From assembly GCF_004010195.1 (NCBI RefSeq), contig NC_057759.1, forward strand, positions 3,440,545 to 3,460,544: a stretch of DNA of 20,000 bases. Reading direction: 5' to 3'. The notes beneath the pieces are model-generated. The model had not been told where the DNA came from. It was given only the letters and a program-made list of their open reading frames with translations, and ran no database searches. A program made the position numbers and the translations under genes. The stretch comes from Chiloscyllium plagiosum (taxonomy: Eukaryota). The first letter of the stretch is position 1, and each line of letters starts with the position of its first letter. This document shows, piece after piece, positions 1 through 8,494 of the stretch.

Positions 1-360
1 TTCCGCTATGTGAATGCAGTTATCCATCTGTGCCTGTCTGTTTCAGCCATCTGAATGTATGAGTGCAAGTATCAATCTGTGTGTCTCAGTTTCTGCTACG
101 TCAATAAGCAAGTTTAGTTTTTGATCTGTACCTGTCAGATTCAGATATGTGAATGTATGAATGCAGTTATTAATATATCCCTGAATGTTTCTGCTTATAA
201 AAATGCAAATATATTCACTAAATCATACCTGTCATTTTCTGCAATATCAATGTGAAAATGTAGTTATCAATCTGTAACTATCAGTTTCTGTTCTGTGAAC
301 ATATGAGTGTTGTAATCAATCTGTACCAGTCAGTTTCTACAATGTGAATATTCTTGTATA
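1..360. repeat. Degenerate ~49-bp tandem repeat (minisatellite/satellite), approx. consensus GTTTCTGCTATGTGAATGTATGAGTGCAGTTATCAATCTGTACCTGTCA
   Basis: Unit starts (GTTTC/GATTC/TTTTC) at 40, 89, 138, 187, 235, 284, 333, i.e. period 48-49; recurring TGTGAAT and (T)ATCAATCTGT motifs. Confidence 0.85.
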
Positions 361-362
361 AT

Positions 363-710
363 GCGGCACATTATACGGCACAGTGGCTCAGTGGTTGGCT
401 CTGTTGCCTCACAGCGCCAGGGACCTGGATTTGATTCCAGCCTCGGGTGACTATCTGCGTGGAGTTTGCACATTCTCCCCGTGTCTGTGTGGGTTTCCTC
501 TGGGTGCCCCGGTTTCCTCCCACAGTCCAAAGGTGAATTGACCATGCTAAATTGTCCATAGTGTTCAAGGATGTGTGGGTTAAGTGCATTAGTCAGGGGT
601 AAATGTAGAGTGATAAGGGAATGGCTCTGGTTGAGATAATCTTAAGAGGGTCGGTGTGGACTTGCCAGGCTGAAGGTCCTGTTTCAAAACTGTATGGATT
701 CTAATTCTAA
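363..710 (+). mobile_element. HE1-type tRNA-derived SINE (V-SINE-like) of cartilaginous fish
   Basis: A box TGGCTCAGTGG 384-394, degenerate B box GATTTGATTCC 428-438, core TGGAGTTTGCACATTCTCCCCGTGTCTG..GGGTTTCCTC, CR1-like tail GGGTCGGTGTGGACTTG..CCTGTTTC ending in ATTCTA repeats. Confidence 0.9.
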
Positions 711-724
711 CTAAAAGACTACCC

Positions 725-872
725 CTGAAAGTTTCTGCTAGATGAATTATTAATAACTAATCAATTTATATTTAATCTCTCCCAATCAGTTTCTGATTTA
801 CTAATGTATGAATGCATTGATCAATCTGAATCTGCCATTCTTTGTAATATGAATATCTGAGTACAGTTACTG
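725..872. repeat. Continuation of the 49-bp satellite after the SINE insertion
   Basis: Units at ~731, 789, 838, e.g. GTTTCTGATTTACTAATGTATGAATGCATTGATCAATCTGAATCTGCCA. Confidence 0.7.
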
Positions 873-874
873 TT

Positions 875-1050
875 CTACATCTGGAGACATAGGAGTGGAG
901 GCTAGGAAACTTGGGGAAATAAATATTGACATCGTGAAAACAGTCCACATGCCAAAAGAGGAAGTACTAGAGACGTTAAAAAAACATAAAGGTGTCTCAA
1001 ACTCTTGGACCTGATCAAGAATATCCCATGATGTTTTAGGAAGCATTTGA
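875..1050 (+). mobile_element. Degenerate CR1/HER1 LINE ORF2 fragment (linker before RT)
   Basis: Reads, with frameshifts, EEVLETLKK.IKV...GPDQEYPM; resembles the CR1 segment EEVL..LK.IKVDKSPGPD.IYPR. Confidence 0.6.
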
Positions 1051-2049
1051 ATAAATGATATTGTTTTCTCATATTGATATTGTGCGCTCAGTAATGATTC
1101 ACTACTTGTCACATATGGCTGCTGAAATTATGTAAACGCTTGATGTCATTGTTTATCTGGGTTGTGACATTTAAAATGCCCTTTTAAAATGTAAACTGGA
1201 TTTAGTACACCAATTGCCTACTTTAGACAACCAGTCGGCCTCAAAAATGCTCTGAATGGTAGTGGCCAGTTTCAATCATATTAATTGAAACTGGGAAGAT
1301 GTCTATGGAGAATGCAGAGAAAAAAAGAAATTTGTCTTTCCGCAGTTTGTTTGGATATATCTCTGGAAATTGAGCTCAAACTAAGTCTCATTCAATCTGC
1401 TCTGTGCCTGTGGAAAGGATGTTCTCTGTTTTGACAGTGGTAACATACCTGCTGTTTGTTAGAAGCAGCTGGTCACACTTGGCTTTGAACTGAGGAAATA
1501 TGACATTGCCTTCATCATTCAAATATTTCCTTGGAGGAACACAGAAGATTTTTCACCTGTAAAGCAATATAAGCTACGTTAGGCAAGATTAAACTGATCA
1601 GTGTGGCAATCAGTTAATAATCATTTGGGTATTTTTAAACCTAGCAATTCAAACAGAACCAGGTTTCAATTCCACTCTTTCCCTGAGTTGCTCCATGTCT
1701 CCTTTTCTTTTATTTGCAACTTTGTGATGATTGGGCGAGATCCAGAACTAACATCTGCACACATCCATGAATGGGAATTCCTGAAGCAGCTGCAATGCTG
1801 ACATACATCAATAGCAAGATGCCAATACACTAAATGTTGAAGGAAAGAACAAGGGACGCTATGCCTAATGTTTTACTCGAAACTTCAAGTCTGTTCACTT
1901 TAATACGTGTCCTTTAATAAGATTGTCACAAAATTATGGTCTGTACTTCCATTCTTCACTGCCCAGTATCAACAAACAGCATGAAACAGAAGCTAAACAT
2001 TTAATTCCCTCAGTGTGTAGGGGATTAAAAATCACAAGAATGTTCCACA

Positions 2050-2460
2050 GCAGCTTCTTCCCGCTCTGCCTCCCTCAGCAGGCCCACACACAGCCCGAGA
2101 AAGGCCTCTCTCTTCCCCCCAGCCCGCTCACTCCAAGTTCCGGGACCAGTTCCTGCTCCGCTCGGCCTCTTACAAACAGCCCCCGGTTCTCCCTGAACTC
2201 ACCCCGAATCAATCCCGGTCTCGGAGCCCCCTCTGTGTCCCAGGCTCCCATCCCGATGTGCTGCTGGAAGGAGCCTGCTGTTCCCTCGCTTTCCTGGGCG
2301 CTGATCTCTCCATTGCGGTCTGTTTCAAACAAACCTCTTGCACTCACTGAGTAAATGCTCCTCAATGGCAGCGCTGGGGGAGGGCCTCACGCATGCCTCT
2401 CCGTCACAAACGTTCAACTTTGGGGAAGGCGCAGTATCACGCATGCGCTGCTTCAGGATG
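2050..2460 (-). promoter_or_regulatory. CpG/GC-rich island; probable promoter and non-coding first exon of a - strand gene
   Basis: Local GC and CpG enrichment; TCACGCATGC twice (2387-2396, 2437-2446), the second extending to an NRF1-like CGCATGCGC; - strand splice donor G|GTGAGT at 2202-2197. Confidence 0.45.
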
Positions 2461-2561
2461 CAACAATAAATCATTCACATGAAACCGACAGTGATTGCAG
2501 CAGTGCTAAACCCAGATCCAATATTGGGGATTAGGATCAAAGCACAAACATTACTTCCAAA

Positions 2562-2712
2562 AGAAAAGAAGAGACTAAATAAGCTTGGATTGTTTTCTCA
2601 TGAGCAGAGGAGACTGAATGGGGGCTCATGATTTTGGTGTAAAAGGTTATGAGGTGTATGCACAGGGTGAATAAAGAGAAGCTGTTTCCCGTGTTTGAAG
2701 ATCAACCACAAG
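2562..2712 (+). mobile_element. CR1/HER1 LINE ORF2 C-terminal fragment
   Basis: Reads RLNKLGLFSHEQRRLNG..KVMRCMHRVNKEKLFP, matching the CR1 C-terminal ERL..LGLFSLE.RRLRGDL..YKIM.G.DRV motif. Confidence 0.75.
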
Positions 2713-2795
2713 TGGTGATTGGGTTAGGATATGGTAGGAGTAAGGATTCTCACTATGATGGAGTGTAAGGGGTAAAGATATAAAGGCTATTATCT

Positions 2796-2915
2796 CAGAG
2801 TGTAGTTATTAATCTGTACATATCAGTCACTGGTTTATTACTGCATTTATCATACGCCACATGTCAAGCTTTTGTAGTGTATATGTGGGAATCTAGTTAT
2901 CAACCTGCAACTTTC
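2796..2915. repeat. Degenerate copies of the 49-bp satellite
   Basis: GAGTGTAGTTATTAATCTGTACATATCAGT and TAGTTATCAACCTG match the satellite unit. Confidence 0.55.
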
Positions 2916-3632
2916 ATCCAACTGGTCCACTCTGACCAGATACCCTAGACTGACCAAATCTCATTTGCTAGCATTTGGCACATATCCCTTTTTATCCTTC
3001 CTGTTCATTTACCCATCCAGGTTACTTTTAAATGTTGTAATTGTTCCCGACCTTCATCAATTCCTCTGGAAGCTCATTCCATATGGACATCACCCCCTGC
3101 ATGAAAGTTGTCCCTAAGGTAATTTTAAATCTTTGCCCTCTCACCTTAAACCTATGCCCTCTATGCTCCCCCAATCGAGGAGAAAAATCTTGACTTTTCA
3201 TTTTATCGATGCCCCTCATGATTTTATAAGCAGCTGTAAAAATCACCCTCAGCTTCCGATCCTCCACAGAAGAAAAAGCCCCGCCTATTCAGCCTCTCCT
3301 GATAGTTCAAACCCTCTAGTCCTGGTAACATCTCTGTCAATATTGTTTGCACCCTCTTAAGATTAACAACATTTTTCCTATAGCCGCGTGACGAGAATTG
3401 TATGCAGTCCGCTAAAAGTGCCCTAACCAATGTCCTGTGCAGCCCTAACATGATATCCCAGCTCCTAAACTCAAAATGCTTACAGGCAAGCATGCCAAAT
3501 TCCTTATTTCCACAATCTGTTATACCTGCCACTCCACTTTCAAGCAGCTATTCATATGCACCTGTAGGTCTTATTGTTTGGCAACACTCGCCAGGGTCCT
3601 ACCATTAACTGTGTAAGTCCTGCCCTATTTTG
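2916..3632 (-). mobile_element. CR1/HER1 LINE 3' fragment (ORF2 C-terminus + 3' UTR), decayed
   Basis: ORF track 3224..3532 and 3028..3267 (-): LHRTLVR.LL..CIQF.S..YRKNV..L.RVQ...TEMLPGLEGLNYQERLNR and YKIMRGIDK..RGHRFKVRG.RFK..WNELPEE. Confidence 0.9.
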
Positions 3633-3775
3633 AGCAATGAGAATATATGTGTAACTACCATTCTCTCCCTGTCAGCCTCTGCAATGTGAATAAGTGGGAG
3701 CAGTTTAGTCAGTTTCTGCTGTGTGACTGTGAGAGTGAAGTCCTTAATCTGTACGAACCACTTTCTACTCTTGCG
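3633..3775. repeat. Degenerate copies of the 49-bp satellite
   Basis: CCTGTCAGCCTCTGCAATGTGAAT and GTCAGTTTCTGCTGTGTGACTGTGAGAGTGAAGTCCTTAATCTGTAC match the unit. Confidence 0.6.
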
Positions 3776-4535
3776 TACCAATTTGGCTTAATTCTCTGGC
3801 AGCCACCAATATTCTCCGTGACTGCGGTTTATTCCGTGAGAGAAGGAATGAGATGTTTAATTAACATATCGGGATGGTTTTGAAATGTGAATTAAAGAGA
3901 TTAATTGCAGATTGCAGTTCTTGGCGCTTGGTTTTGTTTCTGCCAGTTCGTCAGGTCCAGAAAAAAAAACGGTAGAAAGAAACAGATGCGGTTCGGCAAA
4001 TGAATGAGCGAGAGAGATTGTCTGAAGTATACATTTGTAACCTAATTAACAGGTATTGGTGGATTCTCCTCTGAACAACGTCCTCCTTCTTATACAGCAT
4101 TCTTTTATGCAAAACATACTCCGTTACTTGTGAATCGGCGGGCTTTTCAAATTGGAAAGAAAACTGATTATGATTAGGCGCTGGCTTCGAGTTAAGAGAA
4201 CGTGCCCTCTCTTCTCTACCTCTTGGGAACATATTAAACACCAGTGAATCTATTTTTTCTGTTTACTGCTATTTGCTCAAGTTACTCTCTATTTGATTAT
4301 TCCGGAAGCTACAAGCCCCGGTTGGGGTGTGAGCCCTGAGATTCATCATTGGGAAACAAAATAAGTTCCCTTTTTCTTACAGACCCACGCGTAGATACAT
4401 TACACACTGATTTCTTAACTTACAAAAGTTGAGAATTCGCGGGATTCTGTTGGGTTGCTTCGGTTCGAAGCTTTCAAAATGAACCGAGATCAAACCAGAA
4501 CAGTTGCCGGACTGGAATAGTTAATGTTGAGCTTT

Positions 4536-4821
4536 TTAGATTTGATTACATTACAGTGTGGAAACAAGTCCACACCGACCCGCCGAAGAGCAACCCACCC
4601 ATTTACCCCTTACCTAACACTACGGGCAATTTAGCATGGCCAATTCACCTGACCTGCACATCTTTGGACTGTGGGAGGAAACCGGAGCACCCGGAGGAAA
4701 CCCACGCAGACACGGAGAGAATGTGCAAACTCCACACAGTCAGTCGCCTGAGGCGGGAATTGAACCCGGGTCTCAGGCGCTGTGAGGCAACAGTGGTAAC
4801 CACTGTGCCACCGTGTCGCCC
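4536..4821 (-). mobile_element. HE1-type SINE, well preserved copy
   Basis: On - strand: A box TGGCACAGTGG (4810-4800), B box GGTTCAATTCC (4766-4756), same core as the 363-710 copy, tail CACACTGTAATGTAATCAAATCTAA. Confidence 0.92.
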
Positions 4822-4909
4822 ACTTTTGCAACAAGGGAGCATGATATTAAAATAAAACCTAAATGCGGTGTTCGTTATTATTGCGCTCATGGCGAAGAAA
4901 GTTCATGAA

Positions 4910-4985
4910 ATCCTGACAGGGCTGAATGAGGGCATTCGGCCCATCGAGTCTGAACCTCCCCTCCAAAAAGCATCTCGGATCCTTC
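4910..4985 (-). mobile_element. Short CR1-type 3' tail remnant
   Basis: Reverse complement contains CAGACTCGATGGGCCGAATGCCC, resembling the CR1/HE1 3' terminal motif. Confidence 0.4.
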
Positions 4986-5189
4986 AAACAGCTCATGTGT
5001 TCACTTCTCCTAAAGAGAGACTGTGTGTGTACTGTACTTTTATAATTTAAAAGCAAATTAACGATGAAGTATGAAAACATTATTTTCTATAAAACTCCTT
5101 TCTCTAATCTACGTCTCGGCAGGATGTCCAAATCTGAAGGAAAACGGTTGATGATTTCCCGCCTGCCTTCTCAGCAATGATCATATAGT

Positions 5190-5401
5190 AGTCATGATTT
5201 GGAGATGCCTGTGTTGGATTGGGGTGTACAAAGTTAAAAGTCACACAACACCAGAATATAGTCCAACAGGTTTAATTGAAAGCACTAGCTTTCTGAGCGC
5301 CACTCCTTCATGACAACCACCTGATGAAGGGGCGTCGTTCCGAAAGCTAGTGCTTCCAATTAAACCTGTTGGACTATAACCTGGTGTTGTGTGATTTTTA
5401 A
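5190..5401. mobile_element. Palindromic non-autonomous Penelope-derived element with 15-bp target-site duplication
   Basis: Inverted arms 5233-5311 and 5324-5402 (~79 bp) with a 12-nt loop; flanked by CAATGATCATATAGT at 5175-5189 and 5402-5416; contains a hammerhead core. Confidence 0.85.
5318..5352 (+). ncRNA. Minimal type I hammerhead ribozyme motif (Penelope-type)
   Basis: CAC-CTGATGA-A-GGGGC(GTC)GTTCC-GAAAGCTA-GTG: stem I CAC/GTG, core CUGAUGA 5321-5327, stem II 5329-5333/5337-5341, GAAA 5342-5345, palindromic AGCT, predicted cleavage after CUA (5349). Confidence 0.75.
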
Positions 5402-5792
5402 CAATGATCATATAGTTACAGCTGGTGGGAACGCCAAGGGAGATAATTAGGAGAGAGGGGATTTAATCCGGAACACTCCACTACCTTCATATATGATGTA
5501 CAAATTACATTGCAGTATGTATTCTTTTCACTGCCGCTGAATGGGAATAACTCCCCAGCAATGCATTACTCACTGGTGTTTAACATGCTCGCTTTCTCTC
5601 GGAATAAAAAGACTGACTCGAAAAATTGACTCACTGGTGAATCAATGTTTTTGAAGATGCAAATTAGGAAAGGGAGTAAGGTACGATCGTTTGGAATATA
5701 TTTTTGTAATGGCAAAAACAAATCACCGAATAAGAATTCACACATTCTCCTCTGGCATTTTGGCGGGCTTTTCAATTCGAAATAAAAGCGGC

Positions 5793-5824
5793 NNNNNNNN
5801 NNNNNNNNNNNNNNNNNNNNNNNN
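5793..5824. other. Assembly gap (32 N)
   Basis: Run of N. Confidence 1.
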
Positions 5825-5845
5825 GCTCCCTCTGGATGGTTTAGT

Positions 5846-5861
5846 GGCTCTGAAAAGAGCC
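5846..5861 (-). terminator. Histone mRNA 3' stem-loop of H3
   Basis: - strand AAC-GGCTCTTTTCAGAGCC-ACTAAA (canonical SLBP site), followed by purine-rich AGAGGGAGC (candidate U7 site/HDE) up to the gap. Confidence 0.95.
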
Positions 5862-5917
5862 GTTGTGTTTCTCTCTCTCTCTCTCGGGGTGAATGTGCAG
5901 GGCCGGCTATGCTCCGT

Positions 5918-6565
<648 letters not shown>

Positions 6566-7009
6566 TTCACCCTCAATAACCTTGAGATTAAATTAACCAT
6601 TAAAACGCAAAACACCATACGTCTGCAACGAAGATAAAATTTAATATTTTAAAGTAATTCTTTAAATCCTACGAGGCGGGATCATTATCTGATCTGTCTG
6701 TAACAGGCAGGAGGAAAGGCGGGGTTTAAAACAGCCCAGACAAACTGAACAACCGAACTGGTGCTGGCCATGAATCAATCTAAACAACCCCGCCAATTTA
6801 AACATTTTAAAAGCTAATGCAGTGAACACTAATAAAAGGACAGAATCTCACTTTATGTTATTTTTATTATTACCCCCTATGAGATACCCCCATTCTCCGG
6901 TCTCCACTTTCGTAAACCATGGCAAGTGTTTATTTGATTTATTCAGATCAATTAATATCTAAGGTAGGTCTGCGCTCGGCGCCGGGACAGGGAACATTGG
7001 ATCCGGGCT

Positions 7010-7050
7010 CAGCTCTTTCCTGAGAGATGTGGGTGGCTCTGATAAGAGCC
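7010..7050 (-). terminator. Histone 3' stem-loop and histone downstream element of H1
   Basis: - strand CCAAA-GGCTCTTATCAGAGCC-ACCCA (7050-7035) and canonical HDE AAAGAGCTG (7018-7010). Confidence 0.93.
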
Positions 7051-7086
7051 TTTGGGTTCAGATGGTTATATATTACACTGACTGGT

Positions 7087-7737
7087 TCATTTCTTTGCTG
7101 CTGTCTTGGTCACTTTCGCTTTGGGCTTGGTCTTGCTTTTAGCCGGTTTGCTGAGGGGTTTGGGGGTTTTAGGGCCCTTGGTCTTTTTCACCTTCTTCAC
7201 GAGAGTCCGTTTCTTTGGCGCTGCTTTGCTCACCGCTTTCTTTGGCGGTGCCGCCTTCTTGCCGCTCGCTTTCTTGGCTGGGGACTTCTTGGTTGTCGCT
7301 CTCTTGGCTGGGGATTTCTTGGCTGTCGCTTTCTTGGCCGGTGATTTCTTCACGGCCGGTTTCTTGGCAACTGCTGATGTTCCCGCCTTCTTTCCCGCTT
7401 TTGCCTTGACTGGATTTTTAGGGAGTTTGAAGGAGCCGGAGACGCCCTGGCCCTTGACCAGAACAAGGGAGCCGTTCGCCAGGCACCTCCTGATACTCAT
7501 CTTGATCTGTGCCTTTCGCTTTCCCACATCGATCCCGCTTCTCTCCAGCGCCTTCTTTACAGCGGACAGAGACGCCCCTCTGCGATCCTTCATATCCCCG
7601 ACAACCTTCAGAATCAGCTCTCCCAACCCGGGACCGGGTGTTTTCTTCCTGGGAGCCGCCGCCTTCTTCTTGGGAGCCTTGGCTTTGGTAGGAGCGGCGG
7701 CTGGAGGAGCCGTTTCGGCGGCTGCACTGTCGCTCAT
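7087..7737 (-). CDS. H1: Linker histone H1 (divergent H1/H5-family member), 216 aa
   Basis: Ala/Pro/Lys N-tail, winged-helix globular domain ending KGQGVSGSFKL, Lys/Ala-rich C-tail with three KKSPAK repeats; intact, intronless, followed by a stem-loop. Confidence 0.96.
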   Translation of the reverse strand: MSDSAAAETAPPAAAPTKAKAPKKKAAAPRKKTPGPGLGELILKVVGDMKDRRGASLSAVKKALERSGIDVGKRKAQIKMSIRRCLANGSLVLVKGQGVSGSFKLPKNPVKAKAGKKAGTSAVAKKPAVKKSPAKKATAKKSPAKRATTKKSPAKKASGKKAAPPKKAVSKAAPKKRTLVKKVKKTKGPKTPKPLSKPAKSKTKPKAKVTKTAAKK

Positions 7738-7789
7738 GTTGAGAACTCTGCGCTGAATCTTTCTCTAGGACAGTCTGAACTGGGTCAGC

Positions 7790-7895
7790 AATGAAACTAC
7801 TGGGGGCGGCACTGAGCAACTTCAAGGCAGCGAGCGGACGGCGCAGGGACAACCTGCCGTCAGCTCCCTGCTCCTGCTGCCTCTCTGTGTTTCTC
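7790..7895 (-). promoter_or_regulatory. H1 proximal promoter: H1 box, H4-box-like element, weak TATA-position element
   Basis: - strand AAACACA (7892-7886), GTCCGC (7839-7834), TTGAAG (7825-7820); no CCAAT between the ATG and the H1 box. Confidence 0.7.
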
Positions 7896-8239
7896 TAACG
7901 GCCTAAACTCTCCGATTCCTCTGAAATTCCGCATCTCCAGAGAGCCAGGCTCGATCGCTCCTCACCCTGACATGGTAAGGTTTACGACTGAAAAGTTTTC
8001 ACTCGAATAGACGGCTCCGTTGTCGAGTTAAACTCATTTTGCTGCCGCACAGATCGAGCTTTTTGAGCTGAGCGCTGACATTGTCGGTACTTTTAGACTA
8101 AAATCTTGAAATCAACAAATACATTGTCTTAAATTCTACCTTTGGGGTCTATTGGGGGAGCCGGGGAATAAGTTGAATTGAAAATGTTTCTGATTTTCAC
8201 AAGAGAGACCCAGAAATATCATAATATTCGCGGATACAC

Positions 8240-8247
8240 AAACACAG
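8240..8247 (-). promoter_or_regulatory. H1 upstream TG box (inverted H1 box)
   Basis: - strand CTGTGTTT; the heptamer at 8240-8246 is offset exactly 354 bp from the H1 box at 7886-7892. Confidence 0.65.
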
Positions 8248-8494
8248 TTACGTTCGACTTACCGTCCGCCCTTTTCCGACAGCCTCTCTGACATAGTATT
8301 CACATTCACACAGTCACACGCCAGAAATATCACCAAATGTAAGTGTGGAAGGACAGAATGTCTCCTCCTTTCAGCCTTTGCTGCGGTGTCCAGGGAGTTT
8401 GTTGTAGTTTTTCTCCTCAGTAACTGTTACACTCTCATCAGCTCTATTGTTTACACCCTCAAAGATGGCCAGTCGGTTTGCCAAGCTTAGAAGA

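Noticed and set aside
1..360. CRISPR-like periodicity
   Set aside because: Whole units are degenerate copies with no constant repeat/unique spacer pattern; vertebrate context and no cas genes.
380..445. tRNA-like A and B boxes (also 4756-4810)
   Set aside because: They are SINE heads; no complete cloverleaf or standalone tRNA gene was seen.
330..589. Similar short ORFs here and at 4556-4890
   Set aside because: Translations of SINE sequence, not genes.
1923..2365. 143-aa (+) and 96-aa (-) ORFs over the CpG island
   Set aside because: Non-ATG starts, Pro/Ser- or Gly-rich composition expected from GC content, no recognisable domain.
5233..5402. Hairpin as a DNA-transposon MITE or conserved pre-miRNA
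   Set aside because: The 15-bp TSD, asymmetric arms and hammerhead core fit a Penelope-derived retro-insertion better; no miRNA family was recognised.
5870..5885. (CT)n tract in the H3 3' UTR
   Set aside because: Short ordinary microsatellite with no evident function.
7106..7756. 216-aa hydrophobic ORF on the + strand
   Set aside because: Antisense shadow of H1: Lys/Ala codons read as Phe/Leu/Gly/Ala on the other strand and lack stops. No independent evidence.
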